In this document: piece by piece, positions 1 through 11,237 of the stretch | Layout: each line of letters opens with the position of its first letter | Numbering within the stretch: the stretch's first letter is position 1 | Source: Chiloscyllium plagiosum | Lineage: Eukaryota | DNA: 57,892 nt | Assembly (NCBI RefSeq): GCF_004010195.1 | Contig: NC_057718.1 | Span: forward strand, 29,133,891-29,191,782 | Direction of reading: 5' to 3' | Made by a program: the position numbers and the translations under genes | The notes under the pieces: generated by a model | The model's input: only the letters and a program-made list of their open reading frames with translations | The model's database searches: none | What the model was told of the DNA's origin: nothing

Positions 1-679
1 AAGTGGAGTCGCAGGTAGATAGGATAGTGAAGAAGGCATTTGGTATGCTTCCCTTTATTGGTCAGAGTATTGAGTACAGGAGTCGGGAGGTCATGTTGCG
101 GCTGTACAGGACATTGGTTAGGCCACTGTTGGAATATTGCATGCAATTCTGGTCTCCTTCCTATCAGAAAGATGTTGTGAAACTTGAAAGGGTTCAGAAA
201 GGATTTACAAGGATGTTGCCAGGGTTGGAGGATTTGCGCTATAGGGAGAGACTGAACAGGCTGGGGCTGTTTTCCCTGGAGTGTCGGAGGCTGAGGGGTG
301 ACCTTATAGAGCTTTACAAAATTATGAGAGGCATGGATAGGGTAAATAGGCAAAGTCTTTTCCCTGGGGTCGGGGAGTCCAGTACTAGAGGGCATAGGTT
401 TAGGTTGAGAGGGGAAAGATATAAGAGAGACCTAAGGGGTAACTTTTTCACGCAGAGGGTGGTACGTGCCTGGAATGAGCTGCCAGAGGAAATGGTGGAG
501 GCTGGTACAATTGCAATATTTAAGAGGCATTTGGATGGGTACATGAATAGGAAAGGTTTGGTGGGATATGGGCCAGGTGCTGGCAGGTGGGACTAGATTG
601 GGTTGGGATATCTGGTCAGCACGGATGGGTTGGACCGAAGGGTCTGTTTCCATGCTGTACATCTCTATGACTATCTATA
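1..679 (+). mobile_element. CR1/HER1-type LINE, 3' end (ORF2 C-terminus plus 3' UTR), young copy
   Basis: Open 197-aa frame with the CR1 motifs LYRTLVRPLLEYCMQFWSP, LERVQK and FFTQRVV.AWN.LP. Tail is GGACCGAAGGGTCTGTTTCC...TCTATGAC repeat. Confidence 0.95.
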
Positions 680-814
680 AGTCTTCACCTCCATTCCACT
701 TAACCTGAATACTGCTTCTCACTTTGGTGGCCGTCTTCCAGGTCCTCTCCTCAACTTGGCCCAATTTTTAATCAAACACTCTAAACCTGCATAATGAAAC
801 CACAGAAAACCAGA

Positions 815-1160
815 TGGGGCAATACTCCAGTGGGAGAATGCTGTGCCACCAGCGGTATCATGATTCAGGAGGCACATTAAACCATGGTACTATCCCTTCT
901 CTCAGGGGGAGACAAGTGATCCCACTGCACTACTCCGAACAAAAATTAGAGGACTGAAGACTGATGCCCTCATCAATATTTACATCTCAATCAACATTAT
1001 CATCTTGCTATTTATAGGAGCTTGCTCTGTGTAAATTGCCTGCTGCATATTCTACAGTGCAATGATGATTACACTTCAGAAGTTCTTTGCTGACAACTGA
1101 AGTACATTGAGACATCCAAATATCCTGAGAGAGGCAATATAATGCAATTCTTTCTTTTCC
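815..1160 (+). mobile_element. Deu-domain SINE (SacSINE1/AmnSINE-like), old copy
   Basis: Degenerate match to the recalled Deu-domain consensus (...GATCCCA.GCACTA...CAATATTTA...GAGCTTGCT.TGTG.AAATTG.CTGC...ACACTTCA.AAGT...ATAT.AATGCAA.TCTTT). Confidence 0.7.
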
Positions 1161-1634
1161 GAACTGCATTTGATGCTGGCTTCCTGCATGGCCAGAACAT
1201 CAACTGATAGTCTAATATTAACAAAGAGCCTAATATTGACCCTATGCAAATGAGAAGGTTTAAACTGTCAATCATACTGTGCTAGTTCTTATACAGCTTG
1301 AGATTTAGCAGTGGAACACAAAAAAAAATTAATATTGGTGGAGTGAAATTGGTGTCTTAGTTCAGGCCCGTGCAAGATTCCACCTCGATTATCTATGAAT
1401 TGTCACAATTGTACAAAAAACATTATGGAAGAAAATAGTTTTTCACATGAGTGATTTAAGTCTGGAATTCACTGAGCCATTCGTTAGATGATTACTGGAA
1501 GAAAGGCAAGTGCAAGGTACGATTGTTGGGAGTGATATTCTTCTCAGTAATAATGCACATTGGGACAGCTGGTGAACACCCAATGGCCTGAATGGCCTCC
1601 TTCTGCAATTCCCTACTTTCTGGATTTACAAATC

Positions 1635-2349
1635 ACTGCTGAACAAAGAGACCTTGGAGTGCAGGTTCTTGGTTCCTTGAAAATGGAGTCACAGGTAGAT
1701 AGGATAGTGAAGAAGGCGTTTGATAGGCTTTCCTTTATTGGACAGAGCACTGAGTACAGGAGTTGGGAGGTTATGTTGAAGCTGTACAGGACATTGGTTA
1801 GGGCAACTTTTGGAATATTGTGTGCAAATTCTAGTATTCCTCCTGTCAGAAGGATGTTGTGAAACTTGAAAGAGTTCCGAAAAGATTTGCAAGGATGTTG
1901 TTAGGGTTGGAGGCCTTGAGCTATATGGAGACGCTGAATAGGCTGGGGTTGTTTTCACTGGAGCATCGGAGGTTGAGGGGTCACGTTATAGCAATTTATA
2001 AAATCATGAGGGGCAAAATCTTTTCCCTAGAATAGGGGAATCCAAAACTAGAAGGCATAGGGTTAGAGCTTGGAGGGGAAAGATTTAAAAGGGACCCAAA
2101 GGGCAACTTTTTCACGCAGAAGACAGTGCGTGTAATGAATGAGCTGCCAAAGGAAGTGGTATAGGCTGGTACAACTACAACATTTAAAAGGCATCTTGAT
2201 GGGTACATGAATAGGAAGGGTTTAGAGAGACATGGGCCAAGTGCTGTCAAATGAGACTAGATCAGGTTAGGTTAGGATATCTGGTCAGCATGGACAAGTT
2301 GGTCTGAACAGTCTGTTTCCATGCTGTACACCTCTATGACTCTATGACC
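1635..2349 (+). mobile_element. CR1/HER1 LINE, 5'-truncated 3' fragment
   Basis: Closely similar to 1-679 (ESQVDRIVKKAF...), with frameshifts and a (TCTATGAC)2 tail. Confidence 0.93.
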
Positions 2350-2695
2350 TGGAAAAATGCAGACTACTGCTGTATTTGATGCCTACAGCTTGACAGACCA
2401 CATCTAAATTCAAAGGACAGAGACTAGTCAGTGTAACAAGCTAATGTCTAGTTTTCCAAATTTTTGGTAGCAGTTGAAGACTAACGAGCAGAAGTTTCCT
2501 TGGCCCATTGCAGAAAATAACACATCAAATCCACACTACAGTGTTACTGTAATTGGTTCTGATAGTTTAATATCAATGAAATGTAACCATTCAGTGTTGA
2601 TATAAATTTCTCCTAATCAGTAAACTGCCAGCAGTGTGCTTTTTGAAATCTCAATTCTGGTTTATTCTGAAGTAAAATTAAATATACAGCCTTAC

Positions 2696-2753
2696 CTTCT
2701 GAGAGCTTTCAATGCTTTCTTGTGGAGCTTATCTCGGGTGCTCCTTAGCGGAG
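2696..2753 (-). CDS. TTC7A: TTC7A internal coding exon (equivalent to human exon 13), 58 nt, phase 1-2
   Basis: ttcattactgtacag|CTCCG...CAGAAG|gtaagg. Joins the previous exon in frame (G+CT=Ala) to give APLRSTRDKLHKKALKALR, versus recalled human [20 protein letters not shown]. Confidence 0.93.
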
Positions 2754-2889
2754 CTGTACAGTAATGAAACAAGAGTTAGAATGATTAATCAACTTCAAAT
2801 AAAAACCAAATTCTGTGAACTATGGAAATGCCTTACTCAGCTAGAGACATTTTCTCTTTTTATCAATGTGCGTTAAACTCAATAAAAAG

Positions 2890-3490
2890 TCGCTACTCAG
2901 TTGGTAACACACACATCTCTGAATCGTAAGGTTCTGGGTTCAAACCTCATTCTATGCTTAAACATAAAAATGAAGTCTAACCCTCCAGTCTAATATTAAG
3001 ACGTTTTCAATCAATAGAACAAAAATAGATTACATCTGATTATATCCATCAAATTAATGTTTGTGGGAGTTCACTGTGTGCAAACAGTCCATCACATTTA
3101 TTAATAAAGCAGTGACTATATTTCAAAAGTACAGGTACACAATCCTTTCCCCGAAATCTGAAAAGCTCCAAAATCTGAAGTTTTTCTCGTAACAAGGTTG
3201 TTTGGTGTGCAAACAGTTAACCCAACTCCAAACCCACTCAACCCACATCACAGAGATGTGACGTGGCAGCATGGCCCAGCGCTTGTTGTGCTCACAGGTG
3301 CATCTGTTATTTGGTAAGATTTTTTTTATTTCACCGAGAAACTGTCACTTACTCCGGAATCCAAAATACTCTGAATTCCGAAAACCAGCTGGCCTCAAGG
3401 GTTTCAGATAAAGGATTGCGTACCTGTACTTCAAAGACTATAAAGTACAGGGCTGGCAAAATACACAATAAAAATTCAAGTCTGTTTGTT
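2890..3490 (+). mobile_element. Deu-domain SINE with tRNA-like head, interrupted by a MITE
   Basis: A-box-like CTCAGTTGGT and B-box GGGTTCAAACC; Deu tail GTTTGTGGGAG..CAGTGACTATATTTCAAAAGTA|CTTCA split at 3130-3428. Confidence 0.65.
3132..3426. mobile_element. Tc1/mariner (Tigger/pogo-like) MITE, 295 bp
   Basis: Terminal inverted repeats CAGGTACACAATCCTTT / AAAGGATTGCGTACCTG flanked by TA duplications at 3130-3131 and 3427-3428. The ends resemble the Tigger4/Zombi type (recalled). Confidence 0.88.
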
Positions 3491-3679
3491 TAACTGCATT
3501 ACTTTCGTGCCCAAAACAATGAGCAGTGTGGTGTAACAGTACATTTTTTTTACTTTCCACCTATATAATCTTGATAAAAAAATTCTAGTTGAATTCTCCT
3601 CCACTCATGTCCCACAGCAGAAATTCTGAGAGCATACTATGAGGAGTGATCTATACTTGCAACTTAGTTTGGGCACAGC

Positions 3680-4520
3680 TGCAGCACTGATATTTAAGGA
3701 GCCTTGGAGAATTTTTGCAGTTCAGCTTGTAGATGATACACATTACTGCCATTGAGTATCGGAGGTTGAAGGAGAGAATGTTTATGGATGTGTTTCCAAT
3801 CAACAGGCTGCCTTGACCTGGATGGTTTTAAGCTTTTTGAGTGTTTTTGGATCTGCACTCATCCAGGGAGGTTGGGATTACCCATTGCACTCCTGCCTTT
3901 GTTAGTGGAGTCAGGAGGTTAGTTGCCACAGGATTCCTAGCCTCTGACCTACTCTTGCAATCACAGTATTGCCATTGTTAGTGCAGTCCAGTTTCCGGTC
4001 AATAGTAGCCCCCAAGATATGAACTCTTGGAGGTGGTTCAGCAATGGCAATGTGATGTGGTGATGGGTAGGTTCTCCCTTGTTGGAGATGTTCACTGCCT
4101 GGCACTTGTGTGGTTCAAATGCTACTTGCCACTTGACAATCCATGCCTGCCTATTGTCCAGATATTGCTTCATTTAGACATAGACTGCTTCAACATCTAA
4201 GGAGTCATGACTGGCGCTGAACATTGTATAATCATCAGGGAACATCCCCACTTCGAACCTGATGAAGGGAAGATCATTGCCCACAGTGGGGAATGTCTGC
4301 AGAGATATTCTGGAAGTAAAATAACTGACCTCCAACAACTACAATTATCTTCCTATGAGCCAGATATGGCACCAGCTAGCGTAAAGTTTCCCCCCCCCCC
4401 CCCCCAAGTGCCACTGACTCTAGTTTTGTTAGGGCTTCTGGCAAATGCAGCCTTCATGTCAAGGGCTGTCATTTTCCCCTCATCTCACGTGTTCATCTCT
4501 TTTGGGCCAAGGCTTTAGTA
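3680..4520 (-). mobile_element. Second LINE family (CR1/L2 group), decayed RT 3' region
   Basis: Minus-strand peptide remnants WQVAFEPHKCQAVNIS and ILGATIDRKL. The same sequence recurs near 8030, 13590, 20890, 31450 and 36110. Confidence 0.8.
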
Positions 4521-5134
4521 TCTGAGGCCTGACAGAGGTAGTGGAAGTTGAGAGGTCTCATCAGGATGCCAAGCTGCAAAGCCTTCTGAATTCACTTGGT
4601 CCTCCATTTCCTAGCAGGACCCTGATCTTCAGGAAACCCGGCTAACAATTGATGCAGTTGTAACACTTGTGACAATGGAGATTTGCAGCTTTATTATCAT
4701 GTTTCAAGTTTCTTTTTGGGCTGGGGAGTGGGTTAGTCACCCACCAATCAGCCCCTGTTAAAGTCCGAGTTGGCGATTTAATGGCGGGTTTGAATGGACA
4801 AACAGATTTCCTAACTGAAACTGCAAGCACTCACCACCCAACCTTAATGATCAGCAATCCTGGATTAAAATTCCTGCCCACAGTCAACCCCAGTCCCCAG
4901 GAATCTGGGATAGCTTGTGGGTTGGGATTAATCAAAGAACATAGGAGAAAAGACAAAAACAAAACTTATTTTAAAATAGCTACATTGAAATAATGCATTT
5001 TCAGAAACATTTCACAATAATATTTAGAAGGGGGCATCCAACTGAGCACCTGCCTTTGTCTGCACCAACACAAGCAGTGGAAGCATTCTCTTTGATCTGA
5101 TGCTGTAATTGCACAGTTCTGTACACCACCTTAC

Positions 5135-5252
5135 CATCTGTAGCTTGGAGACTGTAGACCAGCCCTAGGCCCAGATAACCCTTGCTGAGAAATTCACCCG
5201 CTTCTTCTCCCATGGTTGTTACAATCTTGCAAAACCACTTTCCTTGTTCAAG
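5135..5252 (-). CDS. TTC7A: TTC7A internal coding exon (equivalent to human exon 12), 118 nt, phase 0-1
   Basis: atttttttgcag|CTTGAA...ACAGATG|gtaagg; translates LEQGKWFCKIVTTMGEEAGEFLSKGYLGLGLVYSLQATD. The GEEAGEFL.KGYL.LGL.YSLQATD motif matches TTC7A (TTC7B has GEKTSEFKAKGYL, recalled). Lies within ORF 5001..5279(-). Confidence 0.96.
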
Positions 5253-5469
5253 CTGCAAAAAAATCATCACAACCCACAAATGTAAGAAACATCATGTTAG
5301 ACTATTTATCAAGTGCTGTAAAGTTAAAATTCACTTCGGGTTTCTGTTCTTACACTTCAGGCTAATGTCACAAAGAGTAAGGAGCACAGACATGATCAGT
5401 AAGGAAGGTGCTATGCCCTGAAGAGGCATAAAATGGTACTGGTTTTCCTTGGAGAAATAAAACATTTTA

Positions 5470-6300
5470 ACTGCATTACACAGGATATATGGCTCAGAAT
5501 AATGCCATTTAGCCTAACCAGTCTGCTGGCATTAATGTGTTATGTATGCATCTTGCCATCATTCCTCAGTTAAAACTATCACATGAACTCTGTTCCCTTC
5601 TCACTTATTTGCTCGTTTAGTATTCCCCTAAAATACATATTACACTATTCAATTCAATCACTTCTTGTAGCAGTGAGTTTCTTATTCTTACCATTCCTTT
5701 GGGCTGTTTTTTTTTCAGAATTCCCTATTGGACATCTTGGGGACTACCTCATATTGATGAGCTCCAGTTATAGTCTTCCCAACAAGAGGAAATATTCTCT
5801 TTATATCCACTCTATTAAAACCTTCAAAATTTTAAATACTTCTATTAGATTACCCCTCAACCTTCATTTTCCAAGAAAAGAGACTCAGACTGTCAATACT
5901 TTCCAGAAATGGATTCCCATGCACTTCTGGTATTGTTCTTGTAAAATCATCTCCATGCCTTTCTCCAGTACCTCTACAATACTTTTGATGCCCTGGTGAC
6001 CAGAACTACAAACATGAGAGTGTCAAAACAAGATCTGAAGTTTTAACCTAACTTCTCTCATTATCAGTACCATCGCATCGAACCAGAAATAACTTTCCAG
6101 ACATTAAACCAAGTGCTTGGTTTGCTTTACTTACCTACCTATGGTGCAGCTTTTAGTGGCTGGCATATTTCTACTCTAAGATCCCCTTATTCTTCTACAT
6201 CACCTATATTTGCATTTTCCAAGTAATATGATCATCCCATTCCCTCAATCAAAATGTACTCCCTCACATTTATTTACTTTAAATTTCATTTGCTACTTTG
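5470..6300 (-). mobile_element. Old CR1-like LINE 3' fragment
   Basis: Highly degenerate reverse-complement CR1 features (CCTTCAAAATTTTAAATACTTCTATTAGATTACCCCTCAACCTT; GACCAGAACT). Confidence 0.55.
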
Positions 6301-7079
6301 TAAATATCCTTATGTATTCTTCTGTATTGACAGTTAATGTCTCTTTTCCCATCACTGCCTTCCTTTTCTTGTTAATGTGTCTGCGAAACACTTTACTTCT
6401 TGTCTTAGGTTCCTTGATAATTTTATAGCTCTTTGCCTTCCGAACAGCTTTCCTAATGTTTTAACCTAATATCTTTGAAATGTCAAGATGAAATGTTGGC
6501 TAATCTAGATGTTGTGAGGAAAATAGAAAGCTTCTATATACGTAGTTTATGGCCCTCTTCTTTGTACTCGGTTACTCAGCTTAAACATTAGATTATTAAA
6601 GAAAGATGGTTCAATGTGGCTTCACAATTGCATATTGGAACGTTTGCTGATATGTTTCTAGTCCTGTCTGAAGTCAATCAGCAAAACATCAGTGGAACCA
6701 AAATGTTTTATTACATCCTCATAAGCATTTGAGAAAATAAACTAAATGATGGAAACAACAGACATGTTTCACTGAACTATTAAGTAACATTATAATCTAA
6801 ACAAATGGCCATCAGCAAGCAAAGGGTGTGCATTTTTCAAAAAGGACCTCAGCTGATAGGTGTGTCAGGTTAACATTTTATGGAGTGCTTCAAACTAATA
6901 TGCTTTTAAAATGACTGAGTGACAGCTGGCTGTTACTGCTGCTGGGTACAAATACCAGTGAGTAGTTCTGTTGGTCTGGTACTCACATGGCTGCCAGTCA
7001 CAGCATCTAAGTTGACAAGCCTGAACAGCTTGTCTAAAGAAGTCTAACACGCACAAACAATAAACATGTCTAAAACAGA

Positions 7080-7175
7080 AATAACAATAAACAGAATAAA
7101 CAGAAATACTGCAGAAACTCAGCAGATCTGGCATTTGTGGAGAGAGAAACATTTTGAGTCCTTCTTCAGAACACA
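7080..7175 (-). mobile_element. Penelope-like pLTR fragment with degraded hammerhead
   Basis: Minus strand TCTGAAGAAGGACTCAAAATGTT...CTCTCCAC..ATGCCAGATCTGCTGAGTTTCTGCAGTATTTCTGTTT, similar to the pLTR end at 24088-24215. Confidence 0.6.
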
Positions 7176-7629
7176 TGAAAGTTAAATTTGGTACTGAAGC
7201 CACAGCCAAGGTGAATAGCAGGTTCAGAATGTAGAAAGGTGAGTGACAAGATTTTTTCAAATATATTTGTGGGATTTTGGGCTAGGCCACCACTAAATGC
7301 CTTAACAGCTATTAAGAATCAACCATAAATTCATCTACCCAGAACACTGGCCATTCTGGATTGCTAGTACAGTGGCATTAACAAAACATTACCACCTCCG
7401 CTCAGTACAATCATGTATAATCTTCCTGGAGATGGCTAATAAGAAGCCACCTCCAAGATGTATACAATTAGGGATGGTGGGTATGTGCTGGAAGCAGCCA
7501 GCTGTATCTTCAAGAGTGATGTGTGCTACTCAAGTGTATGGCGAGGGTCAGGGCACTATAAGATGAATGTGTGCCACAAATGCTGAAAGCAGCATACAAA
7601 TGTCAATGACCAGAACTGTAGATCCATCT

Positions 7630-7989
7630 CGCAAGGTTTGTGAAAGTTTGTAGCTCAGGTTGAGGTTTAGGGTGTAGGTTTGCTCGCTGAGCTGTAGGTT
7701 AGATATCCAGAAGTTTCATTACCTGGCTAGGTAACATCATCAGTGGCAACCTCCAAGTGAAGCGAAGCTGTTGTCTCCTGCTTTCTATTTATAACTTTCT
7801 CCTGGATGGGGTTCCTGGGGTTTGTGGTGAAACCCCAGGAACCCCATCCAGGAGAAAGTTATAAATAGAAAGCAGGAGACAACAGGTTCGCTTCACTTGG
7901 AGGTCGCCACTGATGATGTTACCTAGCCAGGTAATGAAACGTCTGGATATCAAACCTACAGCTCAGCGAGCAAACCTACACCCTACACC
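7630..7989. mobile_element. Penelope-like element remnant: inverted pLTR pair forming a hairpin
   Basis: 14-bp TSD CTGTAGATCCATCT (7616-7629, 7990-8003). Arms 7668-7823 and 7830-7985 are reverse complements with about 4 mismatches and a 6-nt loop. Each arm has a hammerhead motif. Confidence 0.88.
7907..7947 (+). ncRNA. Minimal type I hammerhead ribozyme motif (Penelope-associated), core intact
   Basis: CCA-CTGATGA-TGTTACC-TAGCCA-GGTAAT-GAAAC-GTC-TGG gives the CUGAUGA core, stem II, GAAA, a palindromic ACGT mini-stem III, the GUC cleavage triplet and a CCA/UGG stem I. Confidence 0.75.
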
Positions 7990-8029
7990 CTGTAGATCCA
8001 TCTGTTTGTTTATTGTTTTTTTCTTGTTT

Positions 8030-9580
8030 GTTGTTTCATGGGATGTGAACATCATTGAAAGGCCAGGATTTGTGGCCTATTCTTAACTGAGTAGTGTTAA
8101 CCAACTTGCTTAAATCACTGTAGTATATGTATTGTTAAAAAGAGGGTTTCAAGTTTTTGACACAGCAGAATTGAAGTGATATTGTTGCAAATCAGGATAG
8201 TGAGTAGCTTGGAGGAAACTTGCAAGTGATGTTTGCGTGTATCTACTGTTGTATCATTATTGGTGGCTGAGGCTGTGGTTTTGGAAGGTGCTATCAAGGG
8301 TTGCTTGACAGGTTGCTGCACTGCAACTTGTGGATGGTACAATATGCCATAGTGTGACAGCTGCGATGGTTCAGATGCCAATCAAGTTGGCTGCTTTGCA
8401 CTGGATGATATAGAGCTTCATGAATATTGATAGTGCAGAACTTCAACATTCAGGCAAGTGTAGAGTATTCCATCACATTCCTAACCTGTGCCTTGTAGAT
8501 GCTTTGTGGGATCAGGTCACACCATAGCATTCCCAGCTTTTGACATGCTCTCGTGGTCAAGATATCTATTTGGCAGGGTTAGTTAGGTTTCTGGTCAGTG
8601 GTAACCCCAGGACTTTGATGGCTATGGCAATGCTTTTCAATATCAGGTTAGCTTAAAAATACGGGGTAGACCATTTAGGACAGAGATGAGGAGAAACTTC
8701 TTCACCCAAAGAGTGGTGGCTGTGTGGAATGCTCTGCCCCAGAGGGCAGTGGAGGCCCAGTCTCTGGATTCATTTAAGAAAGAGTTGGATAGAGCTCTCA
8801 AGGATTGTGGAATCAAGGGTTATGGAGATAAGGCAGGAACAGGATACTGATTAAGGATGATCAGCCATGATCATATTGAATGGTGGTGCAGGCTCGAAGG
8901 GCAAAATGACCTACTCCTGCACCTATTGTCTATTCTTTGATGTTGAGAGACAGCCACTTGTGCAGCAAATGATTTTTTTTTGTTCACTCATAGGAAGTGG
9001 ACATCATTGGCTGGCCAGCACATATTGCCTGCCCCTTGAGAAAGTGGTAGTGAGCTTTCTGTTAAACTGCTACAGTTTACATGCTGTAGGTTGACCCACA
9101 ATTCCAGGATTTTGACCCAGCAACATTGAAGGAATGACACTATATTTCCAAATCAGGATGGTGAATGGTTTGGAAGGGATATTGCAGGTGATGACAGTAT
9201 TGTACGCCATGTATAAGCTCCAGCTTGAACGCTGTATAATTCATGTGCCTGTGGACACAGACTACTTCAGTATCTGAGGAGACACAAAAGGTGCTGAACA
9301 TTGTGTAATTATCAGAAAACATACAACTTCTGACCTCATGGTGGAGGGAAGGTCATTGATGAAGTGATCAAAAATGGTTGAGTATACGGCACTACCCAGA
9401 TGAATCCTATAGCGTTGTCCGGAGACTGACTTGCGCCTGCCACTAAACACAACCGTCATCCTTTTTGCTAGATGTGACTCCAGCAGAGGAGACTGTTCTG
9501 CCCGATTCCCAACTTTTTGATGCTATGATTGGTCAACTGCTGCCTTGATGTCAAGGGTAGTCAATTTCATGTAATTTCCT
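8030..9580 (-). mobile_element. Second LINE family fragments (two pieces) flanking a CR1 insertion
   Basis: CCAGGATTTTGACCCAG...ATATTTCCAAATCAGGATGGTG and other family motifs shared with 13590-14300 and 36110-36535. Confidence 0.7.
8645..8937 (+). mobile_element. CR1 3' terminal fragment (second CR1 subfamily), young
   Basis: GAGATGAGGAGAAACTTCTTCACCCAAAGAGTGG...GGAATGCTCTGCCCCAGAG...GGCTCGAAGGGC.AAATG.CCTACTCCTGCACCTAT. Confidence 0.88.
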
Positions 9581-10414
9581 GGTTGTGGATGTATTGAATT
9601 AAATTAATTTGTTTATTTAAAAGAAAACACTACAAGTTCATTGCATTACACTCCAACCATACACTGTATTCTCATGTCCTGTGAAGAGTCAAACTGCAGA
9701 CACTGTGGAGGACCCATGCCTCTCCAGCAAACTCTCACTACCTTAGAAAATGCTGGTTAATGGGTTCTTTGTTGGCCTTAGTTAGCTTTCGACTGCTGTG
9801 GATGAGTTGCTATCCAGGCATGCTACCCAACTCTGGGGAAACCAAGTGCCCAGAGGAAGCATTGAGGAACTAGCCCAAAACGTTATTCCTGAATTTCTGT
9901 GGCCCCTATCCCAAACCTCCCAAAACAGTCAGAAAAGTTCCATATAAAAGAATTAGTGCAGCTAAAATATGGTCAAAAAAAGGGAGAAGTACCCACAAAA
10001 GAGTGCAAGATGAACTGAAATAAACCAGCAAATTAAATATGACTGAAAATTATAAAACTGCTTAGACTAAAATACAGTTAATGCTGCATAAAAATGAAAG
10101 TGAGAGAATGGGATAAAAACATCAAAATGTCTCATTCAAAGCAGGAGTGGGCCAATACCAATAGTTTGTAAGGAATTTTACTGAATTTCATTATTCTATT
10201 AAAATATGCATTCACTTGAAATAACCAGTGGTTTGAATGGAAATTGCCAAGATTTCATTCACTTGCATCTTCTCCTCATCAATAATTCAACTATTAACTG
10301 TTCTTATCCAAGTTTACTTGCCACCTCATCATGCTGTAGATTAGTCTGCAATACAATTATTTATTCTCCTATTTTCATATTCAAAATGGAGCTAGGTTGA
10401 CTGGTTAAAAAGAT

Positions 10415-11053
10415 ACTTCCTTTCATTTGCCTTTCCAATATTGGTCAGAACATTGAGTACATGAGTTGGGAGGTAATGTTGCGGCTGTATAGAACGTTGG
10501 TTAGGTCACTTTTGGAATATTGCGTGCAATTCTTGTCTCCTTCCTATTGAAAGGATGTTGTGCAACTTGAAAGGGTTCAGAAAAGATTTACAAGGATGTT
10601 GCCCGGGTTGGAGGATTTGAGCTATAGGGAAAGACTAATAGGCTGGGACTATTTACCCTGGAGCGTCGGAGGCTGAGGGGTGACCTCATAGAGGTTTATA
10701 AAATCATGAGGGGCATGGATAGGATAAATAGACAAGTCTTTTCCCTGGGGTGGGGGAGTCCAGAACCAGAGGACATAGATTTAGGGTGAGATGGGAAAGA
10801 TATAAAAGGGAATTAAGGGGCAATTTTTTCACGCAGAGTTGGTGTGTGAATGGAATGAACTGCCAGAGGAAGTGGTGGAGGCTGGTACAATTGCAACATT
10901 TAAAAATCATCTAGATGGGTATATGAATAGGAAGGGTTTAGAGGGATATGGGCCAAGTATTGGCAAATGGAACTAGATTAGGTTGGAATATCTGGTCGGC
11001 ATGGATGAGTTGGACCGAATGGTCTGTTTCCATGCTGTACATCTCTATGACTC
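10415..11053 (+). mobile_element. CR1/HER1 LINE 3' fragment
   Basis: Closely similar to 40-670; ends ATCTCTATGACTC. Confidence 0.93.
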
Positions 11054-11223
11054 GTGCCTCACCACTGCTCCTGGCCTCCTTTTGGTGGCATGCCACCTGT
11101 CACCAGGAGATCTGTAAATCCTACATTCTGTATGTATGAAATGCTTAGATTCTCATATGTATCCTCCTCACTTTCTAACGTATCTAATCCGCAGTTCTAG
11201 AAAGTGAAGCTGCAGATTGATTA

Positions 11224-11237
11224 GTTTCCATAGCAAC
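11224..11237. promoter_or_regulatory. RFX X-box motif
   Basis: GTTTCCATAGCAAC matches the GTTNCCATRGNAAC consensus and lies in non-repeat intronic DNA. Motif match only. Confidence 0.4.

Noticed and set aside
4520..4915. Possible Harbinger-type MITE remnant
   Set aside because: I could not identify both terminal inverted repeats or a TSD.
5001..5134. Open frame continuing past the 118-nt exon, with an alternative donor at about 5050
   Set aside because: Homology to TTC7A stops at the strong gtaagg donor, and use of the 5050 donor adds 85 nt and shifts the frame.
5583..6428. Hydrophobic ORFs of 138 aa and 72 aa
   Set aside because: They lie on the antisense strand of a decayed CR1 in T-rich DNA, with no recognisable domain.
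7668..7985. Pre-miRNA or DNA-transposon MITE interpretation of the hairpin
   Set aside because: The stem is too long for a canonical pre-miRNA. The 14-bp TSD, the asymmetric extra 38 bp and the hammerhead motifs point to a Penelope origin.
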